Below, one piece after another: positions 46,637-54,980 of a DNA stretch of 64,000 nucleotides. The position numbers and the translations under genes were made by a program. Numbering within the stretch: position 1 is the stretch's first letter; the number at the start of each line of letters is the position of its first letter. A model generated the notes under the pieces. It had not been told where the DNA came from and made no database searches. It saw only the letters and a list, made by a program, of their open reading frames with translations. Source of the stretch: Candidatus Omnitrophota bacterium (lineage in GTDB: Bacteria; Ratteibacteria; UBA8468; MWAK01); NCBI GenBank assembly GCA_043826355.1, contig JBDRQI010000011.1, positions 21,418-85,417 of the forward strand. Direction: 5' to 3'.

Positions 46637-48145
46637 TCACTTGATTCTGGGAAAGAGGGGAGGGGCCTCGGTTACGATTGCGCCCGGCTTCGTAAGACCC
46701 CAGGTCAACGCTTCCTTTCCAGCCGGCAGGTCCGTCAACCCCAATTGTTGGCGGATAAGCACCGCGGTGCGGGGCAGGACCGGTTCCAGATAGATGCTTA
46801 AAATACGGCTTGTTTCGGTCAGATTGTAAAGGACCGAACCGGAATTGGGGCCCTTTCGCCAGGGCGATTCCTCGTCCAGATAGTGGTTTCCGGCGCTGAT
46901 AACTTCACGCAAAGTTTCCAGGAAACCGAAAAAATCAAGGCTTTCCATTTTAGGCGCCAGCGCCGGAAAAAGTTCCGCTGTTTTCCGGGCCAGAATTCCG
47001 CCGTCGCCGGGAGGCGGAACCTTGCCTCCAAAATTTGTTCGCATCAGGTGGTTGAAGCGGTGGACGAGATTTCCCAGGTCATTGGCCAAGTCGCTGTTGT
47101 ATCGTTTTCGAAAAGCTTCTTCCGTAAAGTTTCCGTCCATCCCGAAAGGCACTTCTGCCAGGAGAAAATAACGGAGCGCTTCGGAACCGTATCTGCGGCA
47201 GAAATCAAACGGTTCCACCACGTTGCCTTTCGATTTACTCATCTTTTCGTTGCCGGAAAGCCACCAGCCGTGAGCAAAAACTTTCTTGGGAAGCGGCAGG
47301 TTGAGCGCCATTAGAATTGCGGGCCAGATGATGTGGTGAAAGCGGATGATATCCTTGCCGACCAGTTGAACGTCAGGCGGCCAGAAACGCTTGAAAGATT
47401 TACTCTGGTCTGCTCCGGCCGGAGAAAGCGGGTTATAGTTGACGCCGGAAAGATAGTTGAGCAGGGCGTCAAACCAGACGTAAATGGTAAGCCCGGAACC
47501 GGCAACACCCTTCGGCAGCGGCACTCCCCAGCGGCAGCGCCGGGTCAGAGAAAGGTCCGGCAGGGGGTCGGAGAGCATGTTGGTTACCTCATCGCGAATG
47601 CGTTCCGGCTGGATAAATTCCGGGTTTTTCAGAAAGTGTTCTTTAATCCTTTCCTGGTAACGGGAGAGCCGGAAGAAATAGGTTTCTTCGGATAGTTTTT
47701 CGGTGGGACGGCCGCAGTCCGCGCAGTCTATTCCTTCGGCCGGGACGAGATAACGTTCGCAGGGTACGCAGTAATGGCCTTCGTAAACGCCGGGGTAGAT
47801 GTCGCCGTTGCGTTGCAGGGCGGAAAAGATTGATTGGATAGTTTTTTGGTGTTCCGTTTCGGTGGTCCGGATAAAACGGTCGAACTTAATTTCCAGCAAC
47901 TTCCATAAATCAAGGTAGCGCCCAACGGTTTGGTCCACCAATTCCCCGGGGGAAAGGCCGGCCTGGTCCGCGGCCGCGGCAACCTTGCTGCCGTGTTCGT
48001 CGGCGCCGGTGAGGAAGAAGACCTCTTTTCCCAGAAATCTTTCCCACCGGGCCAGGACATCGGCTGCCACCGTGGTGTAAACATGCCCGACGTGCGGCCG
48101 GGCGTTAACATAATAAATTGGAGTGGTCAGGTAATATTTATCCAT
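46637..48145 (-). CDS. metG: Methionyl-tRNA synthetase (short form)
   Basis: PHVGHVYT (HIGH-type) and KMSKSKGN motifs, plus a zinc knuckle CVPCERY...CADCG. Confidence 0.96.
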   Translation of the reverse strand: MDKYYLTTPIYYVNARPHVGHVYTTVAADVLARWERFLGKEVFFLTGADEHGSKVAAAADQAGLSPGELVDQTVGRYLDLWKLLEIKFDRFIRTTETEHQKTIQSIFSALQRNGDIYPGVYEGHYCVPCERYLVPAEGIDCADCGRPTEKLSEETYFFRLSRYQERIKEHFLKNPEFIQPERIRDEVTNMLSDPLPDLSLTRRCRWGVPLPKGVAGSGLTIYVWFDALLNYLSGVNYNPLSPAGADQSKSFKRFWPPDVQLVGKDIIRFHHIIWPAILMALNLPLPKKVFAHGWWLSGNEKMSKSKGNVVEPFDFCRRYGSEALRYFLLAEVPFGMDGNFTEEAFRKRYNSDLANDLGNLVHRFNHLMRTNFGGKVPPPGDGGILARKTAELFPALAPKMESLDFFGFLETLREVISAGNHYLDEESPWRKGPNSGSVLYNLTETSRILSIYLEPVLPRTAVLIRQQLGLTDLPAGKEALTWGLTKPGAIVTEAPPLFPRIK

Positions 48146-48899
48146 CCGTTTCCGTTTTTACCGGTTCTTTTTCGCCTTCCGCTGTAACCTCAGGCAGAAT
48201 TTCCAGGGCGCAACAGGGTTTTTTATCCGGACAAGATTTTTTGTCGCAACAGGGTTTTTTATCCGGGTTTTCATAGGCCAGACAACACATCAGCCGGCCG
48301 CAAAGACCGGAGACCTTGCCGGTGTCCAACGGGAGGTTTTGTTCTTTTACCATCCGGATGGTAATCGGCTTAAATTCACGCAAAAATAGGGAACAGCAGA
48401 GTTGGCGGCCGCAGACTCCGTACCCGCCCAGCATCCGCGCTTCGTCGCGGCGTCCCACCTGCCGCATTTCAATCCGGCAGTTGAAGGTTTTTGCCAGTTC
48501 CCGGACCAGGTCCCGGAAATCAATTCGTTCTTCGGCATAGTAATAAAAAGTAACTACTGCCCGGCTGAATGAATACTCCGCATCAAGCAGTTTCATGTTC
48601 TTAATCTTTTTTTCGGCGATCTTTTCCGAACAGATGCGAAAGGCCTCTTCATCGTGGCGGTAATTTTCTTCAATCTGCGCCACATCTTCCGGGGTTACCT
48701 TGCGGATAATCCGGGAAAGGTGTTCTTGATTCAGCCCGGCCGGGAGTTCGGCCAGGATGGAGAGTACGGTTCCGTAGTCGGAACTGCTTTTAGGCGATTC
48801 GATAATCACGTAGTCACCCGGGATGAGTTCCAGGTCATCCGGTCCGGAAAAAACCTCCACCTTATCCAGGCGGCGAATCCGCAATTCTATAATTTTCAT
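48138..48899 (-). CDS. PSP1/RicT (YaaT)-like protein with Cys-rich C-terminal tandem repeat
   Basis: PSP1 C-terminal domain pattern (RIEMRQVGRRDEA...GGYGVCGRQLCC...LMCCL). The tail reads PDKKPCC-DKKSC-PDKKPCC. Confidence 0.86.
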   Translation of the reverse strand: MKIIELRIRRLDKVEVFSGPDDLELIPGDYVIIESPKSSSDYGTVLSILAELPAGLNQEHLSRIIRKVTPEDVAQIEENYRHDEEAFRICSEKIAEKKIKNMKLLDAEYSFSRAVVTFYYYAEERIDFRDLVRELAKTFNCRIEMRQVGRRDEARMLGGYGVCGRQLCCSLFLREFKPITIRMVKEQNLPLDTGKVSGLCGRLMCCLAYENPDKKPCCDKKSCPDKKPCCALEILPEVTAEGEKEPVKTETDG

Positions 48900-48900
48900 C

Positions 48901-50739
48901 TTATTTTACTTTTTGCCGGTACTTTTTGTTGGTTGGGTAAAGAAAAACCGCATCTTTAAAAGATTGTTCGGCCAGAAGGGCCCAGCGTTGGTCGCCGGTT
49001 ATTTCGGCAACGCTTTCCGCCGACAATCCCAGCCGAAACCGGAAACCGGCCGAATACGGTTCCACTTTGCAGGCTTTTTGGTACGCGTATGCCGATTCCT
49101 GGAAATAAGTCTGATTCCTGCCAATTTCCCCGGCTTGGTAAAAGAGCGCGCCCAGTTGCGCGTAGTAGGCCGGATTTTTCGGGTTAATCTCAATCGCTTT
49201 GTTCAGAAGCGCTAAACCCTGGCTGCCGTTACCGGCTGAAAGCAGAGCAAGGCCGTTTTGGAAAATTTTTTCGGCCCGGTGAATTTTTACCTGGTAAAAA
49301 CCGGCTGTCAAAAATACTAATATTATAAGCCCTGCTGTAATTCGGGTCAAACTCCGGCGCCGGTGTTCGTTTTCCTGGTTAACCGGGACCGCGATGGTTT
49401 TTAGAGGAATAAGCGCCGGCAGGACGAAAAGATAAGTAGCCAGGGAAGGGTCGGCCCAATCAAAGTCTATCTGGCTGTGGAGAGAAAGCGCCAGGATTCC
49501 CCAGAAAATTCCTTTCTGTAAAACGGTAACCGCTCCTTTCCAGGATTTCTGCAGCAACAGAATCCAAAACCAGAGAAAGGTTATGATGCCCAACAAACCC
49601 TCTTCGGCCAGAATCTCAAAGAAGATACTGTGGCTGTGCTGTGTCTCCATGGCGGCCGGGATCTTAAAACGGGCATAATGGATACCAAAACTGCCTGGTC
49701 CGAAACCCAAAACCGGTCGTTGTTTGAATATCTCCAGGGAACTTGCCCAGTAAAAGAACCGGTCCCGCAGGGAAAGAATGTGGGGGATCATCTTCAAAGA
49801 ATTAAAAACCAGAAAGAAAAGCAGAAATCCGCCAAACAGGATGAGGTGCGGAGAATATTTTCGGGCCAGGCGCCGCCCGCGGTTTTTGATTTCCGGCAAC
49901 AAAATCCGCTTTGACCAGATGTTCGCCAGCCACAGCAGGCAGACCAGAAAAAGTATCATCAAACCGCCGGTGGACTTTGTCAGCAGAAGGGCGACTCCAA
50001 AAAGCAGGGTTAATAGAAGTCCGGGCAGGTTTAAATGCCCCCTCACCTTTAATCTTCTCCCCTGCGGGGAGAGGGAAGGGTGAGGAGAGAGGATAAGCGC
50101 AAAACTCACGGGGATGAGCGTAATAAGAAAAGCGGCAAAAATGTTGGGGTAAACAAAGGTGGAAAAAGCGCGTCCGCTGGTAAGACGGGACATCATATCC
50201 GGCGGTATCTTATCCAGCATCTGTTGCTGTGTTATGTAGTTGAGCGTATCCTTGAACCCCCAGAAATATTGCTGAATGCCGTAAAGGCTGACCAGCGCGG
50301 CAGTAATTAAAATAATGATTAAAACTAATAATCGACTGTCAACTTCTTTTCTCTTAACCTTTTTCCCGTCGGGGAGAGGGGAGGGTGAGGGGGAGGAAAT
50401 TACCTGGAAAAGGAGGAAAAAGAGGCTGAAATAATAAAGGTATTGCAGGAAAACAACCTGGCCGCGGTGGGGAGAGGCGGAATCGAGCAGGCTGGCAAAT
50501 GTAACGAGCAAAAAACTGAGACCGGGCAATTCCAGCCCGGTTATCCGGTAAGCGGCTTTTCCGGCTAAAACCAGGATGCAGTAAAGAACCGCTGCTCCGA
50601 GTACGGAGAGCTGAAAGAGATTTTGGGCGGCCGAATGGGTGAGCCCGTCGCTGAAGGGCCGGATGAGGAGCAGGACCGCGAAAAAAAAGAGAAAGAAACG
50701 TTTTATCATAAATTTTAGGTTACAAAAAATATTTGTCAT
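48901..50739 (-). CDS. O-antigen ligase (Wzy_C)-like polytopic protein with C-terminal TPR repeats
   Basis: At least 10 TM segments, the SHSIFFEILAEEGLLG motif and TPR-like C-terminal repeats. Two PSP repeats are inserted in frame. Confidence 0.8.
   Translation of the reverse strand: MTNIFCNLKFMIKRFFLFFFAVLLLIRPFSDGLTHSAAQNLFQLSVLGAAVLYCILVLAGKAAYRITGLELPGLSFLLVTFASLLDSASPHRGQVVFLQYLYYFSLFFLLFQVISSPSPSPLPDGKKVKRKEVDSRLLVLIIILITAALVSLYGIQQYFWGFKDTLNYITQQQMLDKIPPDMMSRLTSGRAFSTFVYPNIFAAFLITLIPVSFALILSPHPSLSPQGRRLKVRGHLNLPGLLLTLLFGVALLLTKSTGGLMILFLVCLLWLANIWSKRILLPEIKNRGRRLARKYSPHLILFGGFLLFFLVFNSLKMIPHILSLRDRFFYWASSLEIFKQRPVLGFGPGSFGIHYARFKIPAAMETQHSHSIFFEILAEEGLLGIITFLWFWILLLQKSWKGAVTVLQKGIFWGILALSLHSQIDFDWADPSLATYLFVLPALIPLKTIAVPVNQENEHRRRSLTRITAGLIILVFLTAGFYQVKIHRAEKIFQNGLALLSAGNGSQGLALLNKAIEINPKNPAYYAQLGALFYQAGEIGRNQTYFQESAYAYQKACKVEPYSAGFRFRLGLSAESVAEITGDQRWALLAEQSFKDAVFLYPTNKKYRQKVK
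50048..50096. repeat. 'PSP' hairpin repeat in frame in the O-antigen ligase-like gene
   Basis: ccccctcacctttaatcttctcccctgcggggagagggaagggtgaggag encodes SPHPSLSPQGRRLKVRGH. Confidence 0.8.
50351..50393. repeat. 'PSP' hairpin repeat in frame in the O-antigen ligase-like gene
   Basis: ctcttaacctttttcccgtcggggagaggggagggtgaggggg encodes SPSPSPLPDGKKVKRK. Confidence 0.8.
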
Positions 50740-50775
50740 CTATGAAAGGACTACGTCAAGCTAAGTAAATCCGAT

Positions 50776-50846
50776 GTCATTCTGAGCCGACCTTGCGAAG
50801 AATCCCGCAGTTAAAAGAGAGATCCTTCGCTATCGCTCAGGATGAC
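50776..50846. repeat. gtcattctgag-family repeat overlapping the pyrD 3' end
   Basis: gtcattctgagccgaccttgcgaagaatc...gctcaggatgac. The last PyrD residues (CCHPER) and the stop come from it. Confidence 0.8.
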
Positions 50847-51711
50847 AGCATCCCACATATTTTTTTATGGCAGTCAGGATTTTTTTGTAGGCGTCCGGTT
50901 GAAAAAAGTTAACGGTGCCCAGCCCGACCGCATTGGCGCCGGCCAGAAGCATGGATACGGCGCCTGGACCGTCAAAGACGCCGCCGGAACCAAGAATTGG
51001 AAGGCGGGTTGCCTGCCGCGCTCTAAATACAAGATAGAGGGAAAGAGGCAGGATTGCCGGTCCGGAAAGGCCGCCGGTTACTCCGCCCAGAACCGGTTTT
51101 CTTTTCCGGACGTCAAAAACGATGGCCGGAAAGGTGTTGGCGATGGTCAATCCGTCGCTGCCGGCTTCTTCGGCTGCTTTAACCAGGATTTCAATCCGGA
51201 AGAGGTCCGGCGGCAATTTGGCCAGGACAGGCATCTTTACGGATCGGCGCACCGTTTTTATCCTTTCATGCAGGCCAGCCGGTGAAACCGGATTAAGTGC
51301 GCCACCGGAAAGATTGGGGCAGGAAAGATTAAGTTCCAGCCCGGCCAGGGGTGTTTCTTCCAGTTCTTTCGCCATGCGCGCCAGCTCTCTTTTATTTCCG
51401 GCGATGCTGGCCAGAACCGGCAGGGGCAAATTTTTAGCGTAAGGTACCACGTTTTTAATGAATGCTTTTAAGCCGGGGTTTTCCAGTCCGATGGAATTAA
51501 CCAGTCCGGAAGCCGTTTCTGCAGTTCGGGGGGGCGGATTACCTTCCCGGGGAAGAAGGGTTATTGTTTTACAAATGAGTCCGCCGAGCCGGGAAAGGTC
51601 GATTATTTCGCTCAATTCTTTACCGTATCCTGCGGTCCCGGAAAGAAGAACCAGCGGGTTGCGCAGTTTAATGCCGGCAAAGTTCGGTTCTGCTTTAAAC
51701 GGATTGGACAT
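50830..51711 (-). CDS. pyrD: Dihydroorotate dehydrogenase 1B, catalytic subunit
   Basis: AGIKLRNPL..SGT.GYG N-terminus, NLSCPN and GGV..G.DA motifs. Start at MSNPF; the ORF track extends to 51759. Confidence 0.92.
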   Translation of the reverse strand: MSNPFKAEPNFAGIKLRNPLVLLSGTAGYGKELSEIIDLSRLGGLICKTITLLPREGNPPPRTAETASGLVNSIGLENPGLKAFIKNVVPYAKNLPLPVLASIAGNKRELARMAKELEETPLAGLELNLSCPNLSGGALNPVSPAGLHERIKTVRRSVKMPVLAKLPPDLFRIEILVKAAEEAGSDGLTIANTFPAIVFDVRKRKPVLGGVTGGLSGPAILPLSLYLVFRARQATRLPILGSGGVFDGPGAVSMLLAGANAVGLGTVNFFQPDAYKKILTAIKKYVGCCHPER

Positions 51712-52486
51712 CTTTTTCCCAGAGAATCTCTTCGGCCGGGAAGACCGGTCCGTCAACACAGGCCAGGCGGTAGCCGTTTTTGGTTGCTACCGCACAACCG
51801 CGGCAAAGGCCGATTCCGCAGGCCATCATTGTTTCCATGGAAATATAGGCTGGCCAACCGTGCTTTTTCGCGATTTTAGCTGCGGCTGTCAGCATCGGAT
51901 TTGGCCCGCAGGCGTAAAGAATGCCTTTTTCTGACCGGTTCTTAATTTTTCGGCTGAGGAGCGAAGTGGCCAAACCGTTAAATCCAAAAGAGCCGTCTTC
52001 GGTGGCGCAGCAAGTCGGGATATCTAAATTCTGAAAATCACGAAGGAAGAAGAGGCCTTTTTTGGTTTTGCACCCTAAAATGACAACCGGCTTTTCGTTT
52101 TTTGAATCGACCGACAGGGTTTTAGCCAGAAACAAGAGACCGGCTGCGCCCAACCCTCCGGCCAGGATTATTTTGGGACCCGGTAAGATTGGATAAGGTT
52201 TACCCAGCGGACCTAGGAAAGATATCCGGTCGTTGATTTGCAGGTGGCTGAGGCGGGCGGTGCCCTTTCCCTTCACCTGATAAAAAATGGTTGCCTTGTT
52301 TCGGGAAAGACCGGCGACGGAAAAAGGTCTCCGCAGAAGCGGGTCGGTTGTTTTTGACTCAATTTGAACCTGCAGAAATTGACCCGGCTGCGCTTGAAAA
52401 TGTTTCGGAACTTCTATCACAATTTTGTAATAGGACGGAGAAGCGATTTTATAATTTTCTCTGATTTTGCCGGTTTCCAGAGTCAT
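51695..52486 (-). CDS. pyrK: Dihydroorotate dehydrogenase electron-transfer subunit
   Basis: FAD/NAD-binding fold (RRPFS) and a C-terminal 2Fe-2S Cys cluster (CGIGLCRGC). Sits upstream of pyrD. Confidence 0.88.
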   Translation of the reverse strand: MTLETGKIRENYKIASPSYYKIVIEVPKHFQAQPGQFLQVQIESKTTDPLLRRPFSVAGLSRNKATIFYQVKGKGTARLSHLQINDRISFLGPLGKPYPILPGPKIILAGGLGAAGLLFLAKTLSVDSKNEKPVVILGCKTKKGLFFLRDFQNLDIPTCCATEDGSFGFNGLATSLLSRKIKNRSEKGILYACGPNPMLTAAAKIAKKHGWPAYISMETMMACGIGLCRGCAVATKNGYRLACVDGPVFPAEEILWEKDVQSV

Positions 52487-53421
52487 ATTTTTGATACCCG
52501 TACCTGGCGGTGGATTTCAAAAATTTTAGCCGGGGGCGCAAAAGAAGTGCCAGGGTAAAGGACCGAAGCGGAACCGGCTGCGACACCCATCCGTAACGCA
52601 TCGGCCAGATTTTTGCCGCGGGAAAGTTCGGCCAGCAGACCGGCCAGGAGAGCATCGCCGGCGCCGATAGTGCTGCGCATTTTAAGCGCAGGCGGCCGGG
52701 CCTGGAATGATTCTTTTTCGGTTACGGCCAGAGCGCCTTCGGAACCAAGAGAAACGATGACTGTTTTTACGCCGCCGGCGATAATTTTTTGGGCTGAGCG
52801 CAGAATTTCCGGTCTCTTTTTGCTGACTCTTCTTCCGGTTAGCCGGTTTAATTCAAAGAGGTTTGGTTTTATGATATGAGGAGCGGATTTCAGGCCTTCA
52901 GCGAAAAGTTGATTATCGCTGTCCAGGATGATAGTTAGCCCTTTTTTTTTAAGGCAGGAAATAAGAGTGGCATAAAAACCAGCCGGGATACCGGGTGGCG
53001 CACTCCCGCAAATGGCAAAAAGGGAACCTTTCGGGTAGGGATTGGAGAGAACGTATTCTTTAAGACGTTTCAGCTCTTTTCGGCTAATTTCAGGGCCGGA
53101 TTCGTTGAATCGGTAAATCCGGCCCGTTTTTCTTTCCAGGATATTGTAAATTGCCCGGCTTTCGCCGTTAATTTTAAGAAAACGGCATCTTATCTTTTTT
53201 CGCTTCAGGCACGCTTTAATCCATGCTCCGTTTTCACCGGCAATGAAGCCTAAGGCCGTTCCCTTAATTCCAAAGTCTTTTAAAACGCGTGCGACGTTGA
53301 TGCCTTTACCGCCCACGTCTTTCCGGATTGCTGCCAATCGATTAATGTCTTCCGGAACGATTTTGGAAACCTCCAGGTAGAAATCAACGCTTGGATTAGC
53401 CGTAAGCGTGAAAATATTCAT
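52483..53421 (-). CDS. 1-phosphofructokinase-type PfkB kinase
   Basis: NPSVD, GGKGINVARVL and GAGDALLAG motifs. ATGA overlap with pyrK. Confidence 0.85.
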   Translation of the reverse strand: MNIFTLTANPSVDFYLEVSKIVPEDINRLAAIRKDVGGKGINVARVLKDFGIKGTALGFIAGENGAWIKACLKRKKIRCRFLKINGESRAIYNILERKTGRIYRFNESGPEISRKELKRLKEYVLSNPYPKGSLFAICGSAPPGIPAGFYATLISCLKKKGLTIILDSDNQLFAEGLKSAPHIIKPNLFELNRLTGRRVSKKRPEILRSAQKIIAGGVKTVIVSLGSEGALAVTEKESFQARPPALKMRSTIGAGDALLAGLLAELSRGKNLADALRMGVAAGSASVLYPGTSFAPPAKIFEIHRQVRVSKI

Positions 53422-53425
53422 TAAA

Positions 53426-53605
53426 TTAACGAGTTTTCGTTTTGCGGATTCTTTTCAAGCGGCGTTGACGACTCGCCGGTTCGAAAAATTCCCGGCCCTT
53501 AATCTCCTGGAGAATTTTTTCCCGTTCTACCTCACGCTTAAAACGCTTGAATATTTTCTCAAAATCTTCGCCAGGCCTGCTTCTTCGTTTTACTTCTCCA
53601 GCCAC
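53426..53605 (-). CDS. rpsU: 30S ribosomal protein S21
   Basis: Found by hand; it is below the 60-aa ORF-track cutoff. A GTG start follows an agggggtga SD. The product VAGEVKRRSRPGEDFEKIFKRFKREVEREKILQEIKGREFFEPASRQRRLKRIRKTKTR matches the S21 pattern. Confidence 0.85.
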   Translation of the reverse strand: MAGEVKRRSRPGEDFEKIFKRFKREVEREKILQEIKGREFFEPASRQRRLKRIRKTKTR

Positions 53606-53635
53606 AATGCTTCACCCCCTTTGATTAAGACGTTC

Positions 53636-53890
53636 TTATATTTTGTCAACCTCGTAAATTTCCTTTTTACAATTGTGGCATATTTTTTCCCCGCCGGTAT
53701 AACCATCTACGAAAAAACAATACCGACAACGAATATTTGTCCGAAATTCATGAGGAACAATGACCGGTTTTTTTTCTTTATTCTTCTTTTTTTCTTCTTT
53801 TTTTCCCTTTTTCGCAGTTTTTTTTACCGGCATAACCGTCTTTTTAACAGTGCTGACCGTTTTTTTCGCTTTACCGGATTTCCGGGCCAT
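53636..53890 (-). CDS. Small Lys-rich protein with C-terminal C4 zinc ribbon
   Basis: 84 aa with an N-terminal KKT/KKE-rich half, then CRYC...(12)...CHNC. Lies 30 nt upstream of rpsU on the same strand. Confidence 0.5.
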   Translation of the reverse strand: MARKSGKAKKTVSTVKKTVMPVKKTAKKGKKEEKKKNKEKKPVIVPHEFRTNIRCRYCFFVDGYTGGEKICHNCKKEIYEVDKI

Positions 53891-54026
53891 TAACCCCCCT
53901 TTTATGATTTATGATGATTTATGATGTTGGTCCCCTGTTGAATACCTTAACGAATAATTATATCCTAATTTATCTCAGAAAGTCAAATTTGACCGTTCGG
54001 GCGGCCTTGCGGTAAAATTCCATATT

Positions 54027-54980
54027 ATGGATACGATTTCAAAAGGAGTGCTTTGTGCGGGTATTGCAGTTGTGGATATAGTGGTGAAACCGGTAGCCGG
54101 TTTGCCGGAAGAGGGAAAACTCCTGTTAGTGGACAAAATTGAACTTCACTGCGGTGGTTGCGCGGTTAATACCGGAATCGGACTGGCCCGGCTTGGGGTT
54201 AAATCCGGGCTTTCCGGTCGGATAGGCCTGGATGGTTTTGGTAATTTTTTAAAGGAACGTCTGGCTGCGGAAGGGGTTTCTACGATTGGTCTGAAGATGG
54301 TTCCCGGCGAGCAAACTTCTGCCACCGTCGTAATGGTTTCAACGACCGGCGAACGTTCTTTCCTCCATTCCTTGGGCGCAAACCGGAATTACAGCGCCGC
54401 GGATTTTGACCTTCAATTATTTTCGGAGTACCGAATCCTGCATCTGGCCGGAATCCTGTTAACCCCTTCCTTTGACGGCGCGCCGGCTGCTTCTATTATG
54501 CGCCAGGCAAAGGAGGCAGGACTGGTTACTTCGCTTGATACCGCCTGGGATTCAACCGGCCGGTGGCTGAAAGCGGTTGGTCCCATCCTGCCATACACAG
54601 ACCTCTTTCTTCCAAGCCTTGAGGAGGCCAAGATGCTTTCCGGGTTGAAAAATCCGGAGAAGATTGCTGATTTTTTTCTAAAAGCAGGCGTAAAAGTGGT
54701 AGCGCTGAAGATGGGTTCTGAGGGTTCATATTTCAAGTCAGCACTCGGGGAAAAAGGTTTTGTGCCTATTTGCCAGATTGATGAGGTGAAAGATACCACC
54801 GGCGCCGGCGATGCTTTTGTCGCCGGTTTTCTGACCGGATACCTTCAGGAATGGCCGTTACCGCGGGTGGCCCGGCTGGCTAATGCGGTTGGAGCCCTTG
54901 CGGCCAGCAAGATGGGAGCCACGGCCGGTATCCGCTCCCTGTCAGAAACGCTCCGTTTTGCCAATATTGACATAGAATGA
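54027..54980 (+). CDS. PfkB-family sugar kinase (ribokinase-like)
   Basis: GGCAVNTG and DTTGAGDAFVAGF motifs, 317 aa. Confidence 0.85.
   Translation: MDTISKGVLCAGIAVVDIVVKPVAGLPEEGKLLLVDKIELHCGGCAVNTGIGLARLGVKSGLSGRIGLDGFGNFLKERLAAEGVSTIGLKMVPGEQTSATVVMVSTTGERSFLHSLGANRNYSAADFDLQLFSEYRILHLAGILLTPSFDGAPAASIMRQAKEAGLVTSLDTAWDSTGRWLKAVGPILPYTDLFLPSLEEAKMLSGLKNPEKIADFFLKAGVKVVALKMGSEGSYFKSALGEKGFVPICQIDEVKDTTGAGDAFVAGFLTGYLQEWPLPRVARLANAVGALAASKMGATAGIRSLSETLRFANIDIE

Noticed and set aside
53408-53893. 161-aa plus-strand ORF
   Set aside because: It is antisense to rpsU and to the zinc-ribbon ORF. It has Phe/Leu-rich low-complexity sequence produced by A/T homopolymers on the opposite strand.
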